A stretch of DNA of 62,880 nt, filler included, from Atractiella rhizophila (GCA_021432655.1; 5 parts of 5 records of this genome joined end to end with filler, not necessarily neighbours in it); one strand, 5' to 3'; positions 12,590 through 26,433 are shown, counted from the whole stretch's first letter. Made by a program: numbers and translations. Notes: generated by a model not told the origin, from the sequence alone.

Positions 12590-14531
12590 CTACGCTCGCA
12601 GCCTCCCCTTCAGCCAATCCACGAGACTACTCAAAGGAACTGGCTCGCCGCGCTCCTCCTCTTCCCTCTTTTCTGCATCAGTTACCTGCTCCTTCACCAA
12701 TACCTCTCCATTTTTCCATTCCTCGGGGCCAATGATGATCGCGTACTTGACGCGGTCTCTCGCCACCTCGTCAAACTGTGGACGTGTTTTCGGCTTTGTC
12801 TTGTACATAAACTCCGCCTGGAACCATATCATCACTGCAGTCGCAGGAGAAGATGAACATACTCGAATACCACCGTCCCATAGACGGGCCATCACCTTCA
12901 TTCTCTCCTCGAGCATTGATCCTCCCACGGCTAGGACATAAGCATCCACCTCCTTCCCCTTTCCTTCTAGCAACTCCTTCCCCCAACGTTTTGAGACAAT
13001 GCTGAAAATCCTCTCCACTCCAAAAGAGATTCCAACACACGGGACCTTTCCTTTACTGCCTTTCTCACTGAACATTCCAACGAGCTCATCGTAACGCCCT
13101 CCCCCCGCTATCGATCCAACTCCGACGTGGGCGTCCTCTTCTTCAGTTTGATTAGGAACGCTGGTCGCGACCAGGGAAGCGGCTGGCGGGGCTGAAGAGG
13201 AAGAAACAGCTTCAAAGATGACACCAGTATAGTAGTCAAGTCCACGAGCGAGGGAAAGGTCGAAAGTGAATTCTTTGACACTGAAAGCGGAGAGGTAGGT
13301 AAATAGCTTGGCCATATCTTCTAGACCTTCAAGCGCCGACTTATTCGACGTCAGGACAGCATCTGATTTCAACTTTTCGAGGAGATCGTTGCCACCTTTT
13401 AGCTTCACGTATTCGCCGATCTTGTCTGCTGCTGCGTCGTCGAGTCCTTTATCAATGACCATTTCTTTTTTCACGTCCGCCCATGATAGCTGTCTAGGGA
13501 GTTAGATTGTTAACCAGGAGAAGAAAGAAACGATGCACCTTGTCGAGCTTGTCAACGGCAGAAGAGATGGTGTTCATTTTCTCCTTAGGCACACCACATA
13601 CCTCCAACATGCCGTTGAGAATTTTCCGATGGTTGAGCTGACAACGTTATGAGCTAGGTTGTGGACCAGAGGATACATGAAGAGTCGAACCTTGATAGTG
13701 AATTCCCCTACATCCAGTGCTTTGAGCACTTTCTCGGTAATGAGGATTATCTCTGCATCAGGGATCATCGGGTCATATACCCCTGCGATGTCGAAATCCT
13801 GCAATGTATTACTACTTCAATGGACATGGAGAGATTATGTACGCATTGGTAAAACTCCCGTAAGCGCCCCTTTGTCATAGCAGGCTGATCGCGCCTATAA
13901 ACCTTGGCGATATGGTACCTCTTCATTTTTTCTGTCCCTGTCATGGCCAAATATCGTGCGAAAGGTACTGTAAGATCGTAACGCAACGAGCACAGCTCGC
14001 CACCTTGGTCCGCGAGCGAATAAATGAGCTTCGAATCTTCCCCATACTTGTTGGATAGAATCTCGTTCAGCTATCCCAAGGACAAAGATCACTTTCACGC
14101 TGCATGCAGAGCGAAAGGCTCACCTCGAACACAGGTGTATCAATTGTCACGCCTCCATGCAAAGTAAAGATGTTGGTGATGGTGGAAAAGATACGTTGAC
14201 GAAGGTGCATTTCGTTCGGTTGGTGATCCTTCGTGCCTTTGGGTGTCTTCAGCGCGAGAGGTTCTTTCTCCTTCTTCTTTCCCTTCCCTTTTGCATTTTC
14301 CTTTGACTCCTTTCCACCCTTCTTCCCAGCTTCTCCATGAGCTGGTTTAAAAGCCTGAAGTTTCTCGATCTCAGTTTTGGGATCGGCCTCTGCTGCTCCG
14401 CGGATGGTGGCACCTTGAGCCGCGATTAGATCGGCCATTTGGGGATAACAGGTGTGAAAATATCTTGTGTTAGTATATCGAGGACGACAGTTTCTTCTTG
14501 AGAACAATCTCGATATTGTTGGTCGTGTCAT
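12590..14531 (-). CDS. HTS1: Histidyl-tRNA synthetase, probably dual cytosolic/mitochondrial (in-frame ATGs at 14531 and 14438)
   Basis: [66 protein letters not shown]. Confidence 0.95.
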
Positions 14532-14611
14532 AAGCACTCAAACCAGTTTTGCGGACAAAGTTTCGCAAAGTTCACAGTACAGAAGAAACACAACAAAAAC
14601 CACCAAAGTCA

Positions 14612-15805
14612 ATGATGCAACGTGTTGTGTTCAGCGGTATTCAGCCAACAGGGATCCCTCACGTAAGCATCCATTTGGCGGAGACTGCCAGCTAAGTCAG
14701 AGGTGCAGCTGGGCAACTACCTCGGCGCGCTCTCTAACTGGATTCGCATCCAAAACACGTCCCCTCCCTCTACGCGCATATACTACTCCGTTGTCGGGCT
14801 GCACGCTCTCACAGTCCCACAAGATCCTACCGAACTTCGACGCGAAAAGAAGGACATGCTAGCCTCTCTGCTTGCACTTGGTATCGATCCACAGCGGGTG
14901 ACACTCTTCCAGCAAGACCAGGTTCGCTGCCTTTGACTCCAGAGAGATTGAGGTCATAGAAAGAGAAGGAATAGGTGCCTCAGCATTCGGAGCTTGCTTG
15001 GATCTTCAACTGCCTTACTCCGGTAGGCTGGCTAAACCGAATGACCAGTTGGAAGGCCAAGCTTGCACAGCTACGCCAGTCCAATTCTGAGGAAGAGGTT
15101 AACGACTCGTTGCTTGGAATGGGTCTCTTGGGATATCCTGTCCTTCAAGCGGCGGATATCCTTCTGTATGGGTGCGCATTTACTCTCCCTACAAGTTGTC
15201 AAATTCACACTAACTGCACTCACTACAGCGCTACAGAAGTTCCAGTAGGAGAAGACCAGAAGCAGCACTTAGAGCTGACGCGCGACCTCGCCCAACTCTT
15301 CAATCGAACATACAAAACGAAAACGTTCTTTCCACCGAAGATGCTTCCCACAAACTTCCCCAAAGTACTCTCCCTTCGCGACCCATCTCAAAAAATGTCC
15401 AAATCTGCTCCGCAAGCGACTTCTCGCATATCCCTCTTGGATGATCCCTCAACGATTCAATCCAAGTTTCGTACAGCCGTGACAGACTCTCTTGGCACCG
15501 TAACATACGATCCTGCCTCCCGACCCGGCGTCAGCAATCTCATTTCAATTTACGCATCCTTCCTCCGTCGTACTCCAGAAGACGTCGGACAAGAGCTCTC
15601 TGCGCAGGGAGCGGATGCGCCTAAACTGAAGTCTCTAGTAACAGAAGCCGTCAGCGAGGGTTTGGCTGACTTCAGAAGGGAGTATCAACGAATACGAGCG
15701 GATGCAGCTTACCTGTCGGAGGTAGAAGAGACAGGGAAAAAGGAGGCGAGTCATGTAGCGAGGGAACGGATGGAGGTCGTAAAACGTGTGGTTGGGCTCG
15801 AATAG
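14612..15805 (+). CDS. MSW1: Mitochondrial (bacterial-type) tryptophanyl-tRNA synthetase, multi-exon
   Basis: VFSGIQPTGIPH|LGNYLGA (HIGH-like), YPVLQAADILLY, VPVGEDQKQHLEL, KMSKS, RPGVSNL. Confidence 0.93.
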
Positions 15806-16159
15806 ACCGTTCAAGAACATATCGTATAGAATGTTGACTGGTTAAAGAGCTTCCTGAGAAATTGGGCGTCGCTCCGAGTTGCAACCTTCTACTCTCTCTT
15901 TCAGAGAGTGCTTCCTGCTGCTTTAATCCGTTTTAATCCGTTGCAAGCAACTGTCTGCACTCTGCGGCCCTGCGACTGTGTAAGTTGAAAAGAGAAAACT
16001 GCTATCGCTGCAATGTGGATTAATGTCACATCATCGCATTAGTGCATTGAGGGGTATCAACAAAAAGGACAAGATATATGACAATAGATAAACTATTTAC
16101 TCTAACGTTTCCAGGCATCAAGCCCGCTTCCCGCAAGTTCTGACAAATTGTACCTTTCC

Positions 16160-18153
16160 TTACCTACTCCGTCTTTCCTTGTACGCCTTCAACTCCCTCA
16201 ACGCTTCTTCTTCTTCCTCCTCTTCCTCCTTCCTTCTGTCTGCTTCCTGCTTTCTCTCTTTCTCTTCCACCTTCTCATTCATCTCCTTCGTCATCCCTGG
16301 AAGTTCCGCCTTCATAACACCCACCTTGTTCAACCGATCAATCGAATCCATAAGCTTCTCAAGCTCCCTCTCTTTCTCCTCCTCTGTCATGTCCTCTAAT
16401 CCAGGCTTCCCCTCTGCCTTCCTCCTCTCGACCTGACTATCAACGTAAGATCCAGTCGTACTGTCGACCTCTTTCCCGTGGATCGTCAGCCAATTGTCGG
16501 GCGGAGGGCAGAGTGCTTGTATATTGGCTAAGAATCCAGAAGCTATGCCGTAGCCAATTTGCTCAGAGAGGAGTAGAGGGGAACGATCGCAGAGGGTCAG
16601 AAGTAGCTCTCCAACGCCTAGTGCGCATCCCGGGCAGGTGGAAGATTTCATGATTACCAGGAGGCGACCTATGAAAGTGGGAGTTTGGTCGAGAGGGAGC
16701 GATCGATCTATTTCGTCCGGCAGCAAGAGTTTCTTCAGCCAGGCTCTCGACGACTCGTTCTCTCGCGCAATCTTTCGCAGGGTCCAAATGAAGGCGACCA
16801 AGCTCTCCTCCACCGCTTGGCCTGTGACTATCTGAACGCCATCAAGAGGATCTTCGTCTTTGAGGACGTCTGCTGCTGTAACGTCTAGGAGCGTCACGTA
16901 AGATGTTAAAAAGGGGCTAGGAGAGGTGGGAAGAGAATTCGCGGGGAAGAACATAAGCGCGTTGACAGAGTGTCTCGTTATTGGGGGTAGAGGGACGGTC
17001 GTCTCGCTCACTTCGATGATGTGCACTAAAGGGTTCACAAGACTAATCCGTCGAGCGTTTTAGCGCACACTTTCGTATTCCTAGTAGACACGAACCGTTC
17101 AAAATAAGCAATCCACTCGCCTTCTAAATCTTCTGTCTCCTTTGCAGCCTTCTCATCAGCCCCCTTCTCTTTCCTCGCGCTACTCCTCCTCTTCCAAAAC
17201 CTCTTTGATTTCTTTTCCTTCTCCTTTTTGCTCGGCGTCCGCCTTCCGCTCTCAAGAGAATCCCTGTCCGAACTCCCAGACGAAGACGGAGATATGCGGC
17301 CTGATCCAGGCGCTAATCTAGCGTAAAAGGATGTTAGACGATAACTGAGTTTGAGCGCTTCAATGAGGCATGGCTCCTTCTCCTTGGCAGGAGAAGCAGC
17401 ATAGGATTCTGCGAGATCTGAGATGTAAGAGGCGATGGATTCTCGCTCTACCGCTTGACGGACAAAAGTGTCGTTGTCCGTTGTTATGAAGAGAAGTAGT
17501 CGTAGGAGGAGAAAGGCGGCATCTTCGTCCTTCTCTGTCGCGTTGAGGAGGCGCGAGACTGAAGATATGATAGTAGGGAATGAGGCCATGTTCATTCGAG
17601 CCGAAGAGTGCAGAAAGAGGGTGTTGCAAACGGTGCGTAGTGCATCCTTCGAATGAGGTGGAAGGACTGCAGGAAGAGAGCCGCTGGGAGGCGGGAGAAC
17701 GTAGGAATGCTCTAGGAGGACGCGCAGGCTCTTTTCTCTCGCCAGCGGCTCAGTGCCGATCGCTGAGCGACCAAGTACTTTCAACACCTCGAAGACAGTG
17801 TCCAATGCTGGAACTCACTCGTCAACTCACTCGCTTGCGGAAGAAGGGTGAGCTTACAAGATTGCGAACGCCAGGAAGACGACGGCGCATTGGGGTTTTG
17901 TAAGTCCAAATCGTCAATTAAAGTGGTGATGAGCTTTCTCTTTGTTTCTGGGGGCAGGTCCTGAGCTGGTTCGTTGGAGACACTTCAGTGCAGCCCACTG
18001 CTGGTTGACAGAACACATACAGTTTTGCTGACTGAAGACCCTCGTTATCTCCCCAGACAAACGCTTCTGGATGGGCGAAAGCGACAAGTAGGACACTGAG
18101 CTGGTCGTGCTGCCAGACTGGCTGAAGCTGGAGACCATTGGTGTTGCGCTCAT
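16160..18153 (-). CDS. RIC8: Ric8/synembryn-like G-alpha chaperone/GEF, multi-exon; start approximate
   Basis: LKVLGRSAIGTEP, ALRTVCNTLFL, IGYGIASGFLA, DSTTG, MTEEEKERELEKLMDSIDRL. Confidence 0.82.
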
Positions 18154-18375
18154 CGTGCTGGCGTTAAGTAGACGTGTATGGAGTAGAGCTGGATAATCGA
18201 AAAGTGATTAAAAGGGAGGTCACGCTGAAATGAAGAAATTATGAAAGGAAAGATGGTGGATGAAATGTTGTTCAGACAAAGGACAGGCGGCGGACGACCC
18301 CAGATCGTTTCGATCGGATAAGCTTTGATCGTGAACTCACAATTTTTTCTGGTGCTCAGCACAACAACAGTTCCA

Positions 18376-21344
18376 ATGCCTCCTCGTCGCGCTGCCACGG
18401 CGAGCTCCCACACAGCCCAGAGAAAGCGCCAACAAAAACGGCTGAGACCACATTCTTCCTCCGCCAAACGCCATGTCAAAGCGATGTCAGAAGAATCAGA
18501 AGGAGGATGGGACAAGTCGGAAAGTGGTGGGGAGGAGAGGCGGGACAGTGTAAGGTTGGGAGAGGTGGGCAGTGAGGATGAGGACATCGATAGCGATGAA
18601 GCTGGAGAGGAGTCCATGTCGGAAGATGCAGCATCGAAATCCAAAGCAAAAGAGCATAAACCTAAAGTACGTGTTTTCTTACTCTTTGACAAATGGTTAC
18701 AAGCTTTGATTCTCTCGTGTAGACTAAAGATCCTGAATCTGAAGCAAACGACGAAAGAATGGGAGAGTTTTTAGATGTCGCAGACATGCTAGATTTGAAC
18801 ATGTATCCTGACACCTCTAATTCGGATTCGGACAGTGCAGAAGAAGTAGAGTCTGAATTTTCTGCTCCTTCCGAAGATGAGGAGCTAGGTTTGCCCAAAC
18901 TACAATCCTTCATTGACCGCCTCCCCAATCCTACAAAACGCAGCGCCGAAGGCGATTTAGAAGAAGTTGATAGCAGGAAGAAGAAGAGGCGTCGCATTTT
19001 GGAGGAAAAAGGGAAGCGTGGGATGAAGCTGAGGGAGAGTGGATTGCCGTTGGACTACAAAGTTTGTTCCTCCTATGCGCATCAGACAGCTCATGTGATA
19101 CATATGGGATAGGTAATAAGCTCACTCTGGACGACATGCTCTCCACTCTTCCTGAATCCCAAAACAGCAAATCCCTTCGGAACTCTCTCAAATCTCTCTC
19201 AGCATCCAAGAAGCACCCTTCTACGTCTACATCTCTCAAACCAAACCCTTTCACTGCTCCTGGTCCCCTCTCCGTGCCTCTCCCCGCCTCGCATCAAAAC
19301 AAGCACGAGCGGGCTGCCGCTTTCGAGCTTACCTCTCGCGAAGTGACAAAATGGGATGCGATCAGTAAAGTGATGCGCGGTCACGGTGAAGTCAAGGGCC
19401 TCTCTAATCGGGTGGTACTCCCTCTGCCAGCGAGCGATGGGCAAAACAAAGAGGGAAAGACTGCGGGCGATCTAGCAAGCAAATTTGTCCCAAAACGGGG
19501 AGGGATGGAGGATGAAATCTCTGCTCTTCTCCAATCTGGAGAGATGAGTAGTAGTCAGCTGGTTGCTCGGGAAGGGAAAGGAAAAGAAAGAGAGGAGAAA
19601 GAGGATCAGGCCGCTCGAGTTGGAGCACTTCGGCTGGAAAGAGACCTGCTGTTTCGGGCGGAGAGGAAAGCGAAGCGAGTCGCGAAGATCAAATCCAAAG
19701 CTTTTCGTAAGATCAAACGCAAAGCTCTCGCTGCATCTAAGGAGGGAAAGGGAGACCTTGAAACGCTGCAACAGCTCGACGCCTTGGATGGCGGAACTAG
19801 AGCAGCTGAAGAGTTAGAAAAACTTGAGCGCTTGCGAGCAAAGGAACGGGTGACACTACGACATGGAGGTGGTGGGAAATGGGCAACTAAAGTTGGAGGG
19901 CTGGAATTAGAAGGACTCGAGAGGGATGAGAGGGATGCAGCAGTGAGAGAGAAGGAAGAGTTGGCTCGCAAACTTCGGCAGAGGATAGCAGGGCCGGATT
20001 CCGAATCCGATGAAGAAGACGACGGAAAAGGAGATGGTTCAGATGAAGCTGAATTGGAAAGGTATGCTGCCGAGCTGGAACGTCTGAAGGCGGAGGAGAA
20101 TGACGGGAAGCTGAAAGGTCCTTATGCCATGAAGTTTATGATCCAGGCGCAGGCGCGTAAAGAGCAGGAGAGAGAGAGAGAGTTGGAACGGGTGCGAAAG
20201 GAGTTGAATGGGGAGCAAAGCGAGGATGAGCGACTAGAAGAGGAGTATCTGTTTAGAGAGAAAGTCGATGGAAATTTGGGGCGCCTTTTGTTTGGGAAAC
20301 AAGCTGTTAGTCTTTCCTTCCACGTTTATAAGGTAGCAGAACTAAGGGACAACAGGATCTTACACCGAAAGAAGGGCTGATCAAAACACCTCCAGAGGAG
20401 GCTCGCCAGCTTGTCTCGGACTCTCCCCCGCCAAGAATCGACATTCTGCCCGATGTTCCGTCCTTCCAAGCTCGTTCAGGGGAAGGGAATCCCTGGTTGT
20501 CCGCTTTTAACAAAGAACAACCGCTTCTCAAGCCGAAGAAAGTGCACGCAAACGGTCCACAGGACAAAATTGAGAAAAGGAAGGGGAAGACGGCATCTGC
20601 CCTCTTGAAGGACGCAACAGATGCAACGGTCGAGATCGATGTCAAGTCCTTTGTTGAGCCCGCCGCCCGAGCTAGCAAAAGAGAGAAAGGATCAAAGAGT
20701 GCTAAAGCTGACGGAGCGGCGCACAGTATTAACAAAGGAAGGAAGGAAGAATCTGAGTCGGAAGAAGACGGCGAGCAAGTGAAGTTTACGCAAAGAGAGT
20801 TAGTAGCTGAAGCTTTTGAGGGTGATGATGTAGTTGCAGTATGCTTTCGCTCCCTAGATGTTAGTGCGGTGATTTTCATAACTGGTGCGCAGGCTTTCGA
20901 AGCTGAGAAGAGGATGGAGGTTGAACGTGATGCACCACGGACGGAGGACGTAACGTTACCGGGCTGGGTAAATTCTTTGTCTCCTTGAGAATATAGCTGA
21001 CCAGTGTACAGGGTTCATGGACAGGCAAAGGCGTGAAGAAGCAGAAAACGGATAAGAAGTACATCAAAAACATTCCCGGCATCGACCGTAATGAACGAAC
21101 TGATGCAAAATTGGGACACGTTATCATCTCGGAGAAGAAGGACAAACGCGCAACAAAATATCTCGTTAAGGACCTTCCCTGGCCGTATACCTCTGAGGCA
21201 CAATTTAGGAAAACGATGGCGAGGAACATTGGGAAAGAATGGAATACTGCACAATCGCTGAGGGACATGACGAGAGATGGAGGGGAAGGAGGAGTAACTG
21301 TGAAGAGAGGTGCGACAGTGCGGCCATTGGAGGCTACAATTTGA
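18376..21344 (+). CDS. UTP14: SSU processome protein Utp14, multi-exon
   Basis: KAKRVAKIKSKAFRKI, RAKERVTLRH, QRELVAEAFEGDDV, LPGW|GSWTG, VIISEK...LPWPYTSEAQF...IGKEWNT. Confidence 0.92.
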
Positions 21345-21460
21345 GGGATTCGCAATGTATTCCTGCTTCTCATCCCTTCACGTCCTATATGCAACAGGCA
21401 AACGTTCCCAAGAGAAATATCCGACACAGGATGGTCCCGATCTCATAACCTGAATGTTAC

Positions 21461-24310
21461 TCACTCCTCCATCTTGATGTCGACTTCGGTGTCTTCAAAA
21501 CCCTCGATCCCAAAAACGACGTAATTCCACAGAGCATCCAGGTCCCAGCAATCAACCTTTCTACCTCCTCCGCTCAGTGTACACCCTACATTTCTTGCTC
21601 TTTCGCTGTTGAGAGCCATTGCGTCGGGGGCAAAGGGTGTGTCCAAGCGATACAACCTAGAATTACCCCCAGCACATTTATCAGATCCGTATGCGAACAA
21701 CACTGGATGTCAATAAATCAGTTCTGTCACCGACAAGACGTTGAACATTGGACTGACGCTGATTGCCGTCGTGGTAGAGGAGCATAACCCTTACCCACTT
21801 GTGAAACCATCCCCAATCGACGGGTTGATGTTCTTGTAGAAGAAGATCTTCGGTGGGAAACTCCAAAGGAACGCGACCAGTCGGAAAACTCAGTTCAGAT
21901 TTCCCAGCCCAGAATACCCCTCCGAAGCCCTCCTTAAATTTTTCATCATCGACATAATCAAGAACCATTTCATCTAGCTGCTTTCTCCCATTACCAACCT
22001 TTTCAAGTTCTGCGTTGATCATGTTGACACATGACGTTATGACTGACCACAAACAGTCGAGGATCCCAAACTCCACCACGATTTGATCCGACAGCACCGC
22101 ATCGCAGGGATCGTAAACTTCCTGCTCCTTCAGCTCCGTCCATTTTTCTAGCTTTTCGATCACATCATTTAAGTCATTATCTGTTTCGTCCCAGAATTTA
22201 TCGAACTCTTTGCGTTTCTGCTCATCAAATCCACCAGCTTGCCGCAGATATTTGAGCAGAGAATTGTTGTCGCTTGAATCGAACATTTCATCGAGGTAAG
22301 AACGTATTCGGCTGACAGCAAAGTCTGGACGGATTGTGGTCGGGGCTATATATTCATTGGGGTTGTCAGCCCTGGCGAAAGAGTATCTGAAAAAGGCGAT
22401 TGAGTCCCGATGAAGCTCCATTTCGCGCTTTGCTGCCTTCTCGAGACGTGAAGAGAGAAGAATGAGGAGTTTGCACGTCTGAATACTGGATTCCAGCTTT
22501 TCCAGGTCAAATCTGAATAGTTCGGATTGCTCCAGATCCATCGCAAGGGGAGATTGGAACCTGCCGAAATTTTTACAACAGGACATGGACCATAAGAAAC
22601 GCACCATGTCTGCTCATGTAGAAGTTCTTCGAGAATAATTATCGTCCGTTCCATGGCGGGCGAAAGACACCGGTAACAGAAGGTTATCAATTGCTCTAAT
22701 GTAGTCTGCTTACTAGCCCACCATTGATTGACAGACTGATACCAGAGTCAGATCCAGAAATCCAAAGGGAAAGGAAAACGTGCCCTCTCAGTTGCCTTCG
22801 AAGACATGAAATCTTGAAGAGGGAATGTAAATTTTCCCGTCATAAGTAATTTCATGAATTGTCCCTTGGGAGACAAACTTTCTATCCTTTGATATATTTA
22901 GTTCTTCCCCTTCAAGGGATAAATGAGCGGACCGTCATGACTCCCTGAGACCTTGTGTAATTTTGAGACCCATGCTTCCTTCAATTTCTCTCCATGGGTT
23001 AGACCGTCGATGAGCACACCAAGATTGTCTAAGCATGATTTGAATATCATCGCCAAACTGTCGCACGTCAAGGCCGTCCTTCTCAAACTAAACGGTATGT
23101 CGATTTCCCACTTCGTAATTTTGTTCCTTTTGCCACCTTCTCCCGCAAACTCTGAAAGCAGCGAAATTTCGACGCGTTCTTCGTCTGCTCGTAGTAGGGA
23201 AACTAGCTTGTTTCTCCCTGCACTCTGATCGCTAATGCCTGACACCGCCAACGAACCAACGTGCAAAGCGCCAGCGTAGAGAAGGTGTACGTATTTTGTA
23301 GTTACGACCAGAAGTAAGGTGGAGGGCATAGTGTGGGAAGGAAGNNNNNNNNNNNNNNNNNNNNNNNNNNNNNNNNNNNNNNNNNNNNTTAATTAATTAA
23401 NNNNNNNNNNNNNNNNNNNNNNNNNNNNNNNNNNNNNNNNNNNNACCAAACGTCGTCCGGCCGGATCACTACCTTGTGATGGTAGTTGTATGCTAGGACA
23501 AGCGTATCCTACCATGATTGAGCATCATCAGACACGAGGAGGATACTGATTACCACAAATCCGTTGCTCTGAGGTAGTATTGCTCCGTCTCTATAATCAG
23601 TAGGCGAGACGGAGCACTGAAAGATCTCTGGGACTATCTGATCTGCATTGTCAATGTCTCCGAACTGTGTCTGCTGCAAATGCTGCAGTGGGTTGGAGAC
23701 AGAATCAGCATTAACAGGTTCGGCTAGTTTAGAACAAGGGTGGAAGGTGACAGGCATGACACGCAGAAGTGTTCGGCCCTGGTGATTATTTCAGGAAGCT
23801 TGAGGAGGGTGGCAGTCACCAACGAACGGCCAGAGCCACAGACTATAACGGTGATACAATTGTTGCAATCACTGACCTGACCTCCCAAACACGGGCCTGT
23901 GGATCCTTCTGCAGGGTGCCTGAAATCGGATTCAGGAAGTCAATAACATTCCAACATCTGGACTGATAAGGAAAGGTCTGACGTGCGGTTCACTGTCCTC
24001 ACGACCCTTTGCAAGACAGCAAAGTCCAAACAAATCTCCCTTGTCCAGAAATTGATTTCTAAGCTGTGTGAGATTAGACACACAGGCTTGCCCTCTTTCA
24101 CTTCGCCTTTCGTTTGCTTCGTTTCTAGCATCGCAGGTAATGGTTGAGCTCTATTTTAACTTCGACAGATCATCTATTGCTCACAAGCTCAAAAGCTGCT
24201 AGGGAAAGGCACTCTGGCAAGATCATGCAAACGAAACAACAGTACGTTACTTTTCTGTAAGGTATACATGAGTACGGCAAGCAACGGCATGGAGATCAAG
24301 CTACTTCCGA
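21461..24310 (-). CDS. Anaphase-promoting complex subunit 4-like protein, interrupted by an assembly gap; ends approximate
   Basis: N-terminal SMPLLAVL...VLLFRL, central FMKLLMTG and LSPAMERTIIILEEL resemble the APC4 WD40 and long domains; recalled similarity only. Confidence 0.5.
23345..23444. other. Artificial 100-nt scaffold spacer N44-TTAATTAATTAA-N44 (also 25209-25308, 55900-55999, 61309-61408)
   Basis: The same six-frame-stop linker is centred in four N runs. Confidence 0.95.
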
Positions 24311-24513
24311 AAGATTCGGCGACGCTGACGGCAATACGCAGCCGCAGTTTGCCTTTTCCCTACAGATTTCAATTCCTATTGATGACAATATCTGTAAAGA
24401 ACCAGCAAGGTCCCCAGGTCGGGTTTTGATACAAATGCACACCCTCTTTCCTTTCTGCGCCCTTTTCCCTCATCTACTCCCTTTCCAACCCTTATCAACA
24501 AACCGCACAGACA

Positions 24514-25208
24514 ATGGCACACTGGTTGACAGATGAATGGCTGGAAACGGAAGCGAAAGGTTCCATTAAAGATTCTGAGCTGCTCAAGGTCTGTTTTATT
24601 TCATTCCTTGCTTACAGCAGCCACTTCTAATCTTTGAATTTTCAGATTCTCAAATCCCTTCCGATGGAAGAGAGGGAAAAGATCATGCAAGTCTGGCTTG
24701 CATCTCTCCCTCTTTCACAGACTGAGGACGACACTTCTCTTGCACCCCTTTCCCCAAGTTCTGCCCACCATCTCCTATCTTCTCAACTCCAGCCTATGTC
24801 AAGTCCCGGACTCAACAATGTTGATATTAAACCGAAGATTGTTTATGATCTAGATACCGACGATGAGAAGGAAGAGGAAGAACGGTCTTTCGCTCGTATG
24901 TGTGTGGAGGAGGAATGCGGGTACAGCGGTTGTGATGGAGAGCCCGTGGTAAAGCTGTTTGGACCAGTGAGTGATACTTTATATGCACGTTATTGGGGTA
25001 AGAGGTTGCCACAGGGGAAACCAAGTCGACGAAGCCCCATTTACAACAATACCCAGTTTGTGGGTTGTCGCGGCTTCAATGACAGCCATGGACAATATGT
25101 CCACAAGTTCAAACGCATCACAGCTCGTCACGGACCTCATCGCCTTAGCCATCATTTGCAAGACCTGTGGAGTAAGTCCATCTCTTATTTGGGACTGTGT
25201 TGTTCAAA
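24514..25208 (+). CDS. Hypothetical protein, truncated by gap
   Basis: ATG exon, GT-AG intron, then a ~190-codon open frame running to the gap. Confidence 0.45.
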
Positions 25209-26433
25209 NNNNNNNNNNNNNNNNNNNNNNNNNNNNNNNNNNNNNNNNNNNNTTAATTAATTAANNNNNNNNNNNNNNNNNNNNNNNNNNNNNNNNNNNN
25301 NNNNNNNNCTTGACATCGTCTCGTAGAGCTCGGACGTCAGAGCGAAGGAAGGAGACATCGCCTTCGATACCTACGAGTCGCAGTGAGGCTTCTTCTTCTT
25401 CCCTTGCATCGCCATTCGAAGTGACGTTGTGCGAGTCGTTTCCCATGCTTCCTACCCTATCTTCTTGTTCTTGTTCTTGTAGCCAAGTAATTCTTTCCAG
25501 TGGTTATCCTAACCTGTATAGCTATCCCACTTCGCTCCTAGCTCCTCTGATGTGGCTCTGGTGTATAGCGTATTGCAGTGATAATCAGCGAGAATAAGGA
25601 AAGCGAGAACAGGCAGGAGAAGGAGAGACGGAAAGCAAAGTCAGAAAGTAATAAAGTCGGGGACGTGCCGCCAGACTCGGAGGTGTGCGCGAGTAACGCA
25701 GGATTTAAGACGCCGAGCGAGGTGGAGACAGCGCCTTTCGTTGTCCCTACAATGGCCATTCTATTACACCACAGCTATCGCGCGTTATCTGCTTAGCTTC
25801 CTTTATCTCGCCTGGTTTGTTGTTGCGGTCCCAAGCCTGAGGGGAACTTTAGATTCGCCGCTTTCTGCCAGCATGAGATAATCATGGCGGCGTTGTGTAT
25901 GGACTCACTGCCGGTGTTGTCGCAGATAAATCAATAATCAATAATCCATTCTTGTGAGGGGCAAGGTAGAAAAGAGGCAAAACACGAATACTGAGCTGGA
26001 ATCATGATATCTCCAACTCCTGATTATGTCCAAATCAAAACCGTGAGCAAATTTACGCTCTCCACACTGGAGTAGTCGCCATCGCCAACACGATACGCAG
26101 GCGGTATCTCCCAACCTACTGCTCCCTCCCCAAAATAACAATCCAACTTCCCCTCCGAATAGCACCCAGACGCCTAGACGCTACCCGCTTTGTTTTATGT
26201 CCATTCAAATTGTATTTATGTCCAGCGACTACCTCACGTCCCTCTGAGTATACCGGGTAAGCGGGATCCGGTCTGTATCCATCGGTCTTCACTTTCGTGG
26301 CTGGTATTGAGAGGACGTTCGAAACACGAACAAGTTTGCTTCCACTTGTCGATTGAATTTGGAATAGATTCCAAGGGAGAGAAGACGAAAGCAGGAAGAG
26401 TGGCAGTGGTGGATCTCTCATCAAAGCCCAAAG

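Noticed and set aside
23345..23444. TTAATTAATTAA palindromes inside N runs (four sites)
   Set aside because: These are synthetic scaffold linkers, not biological sequence.
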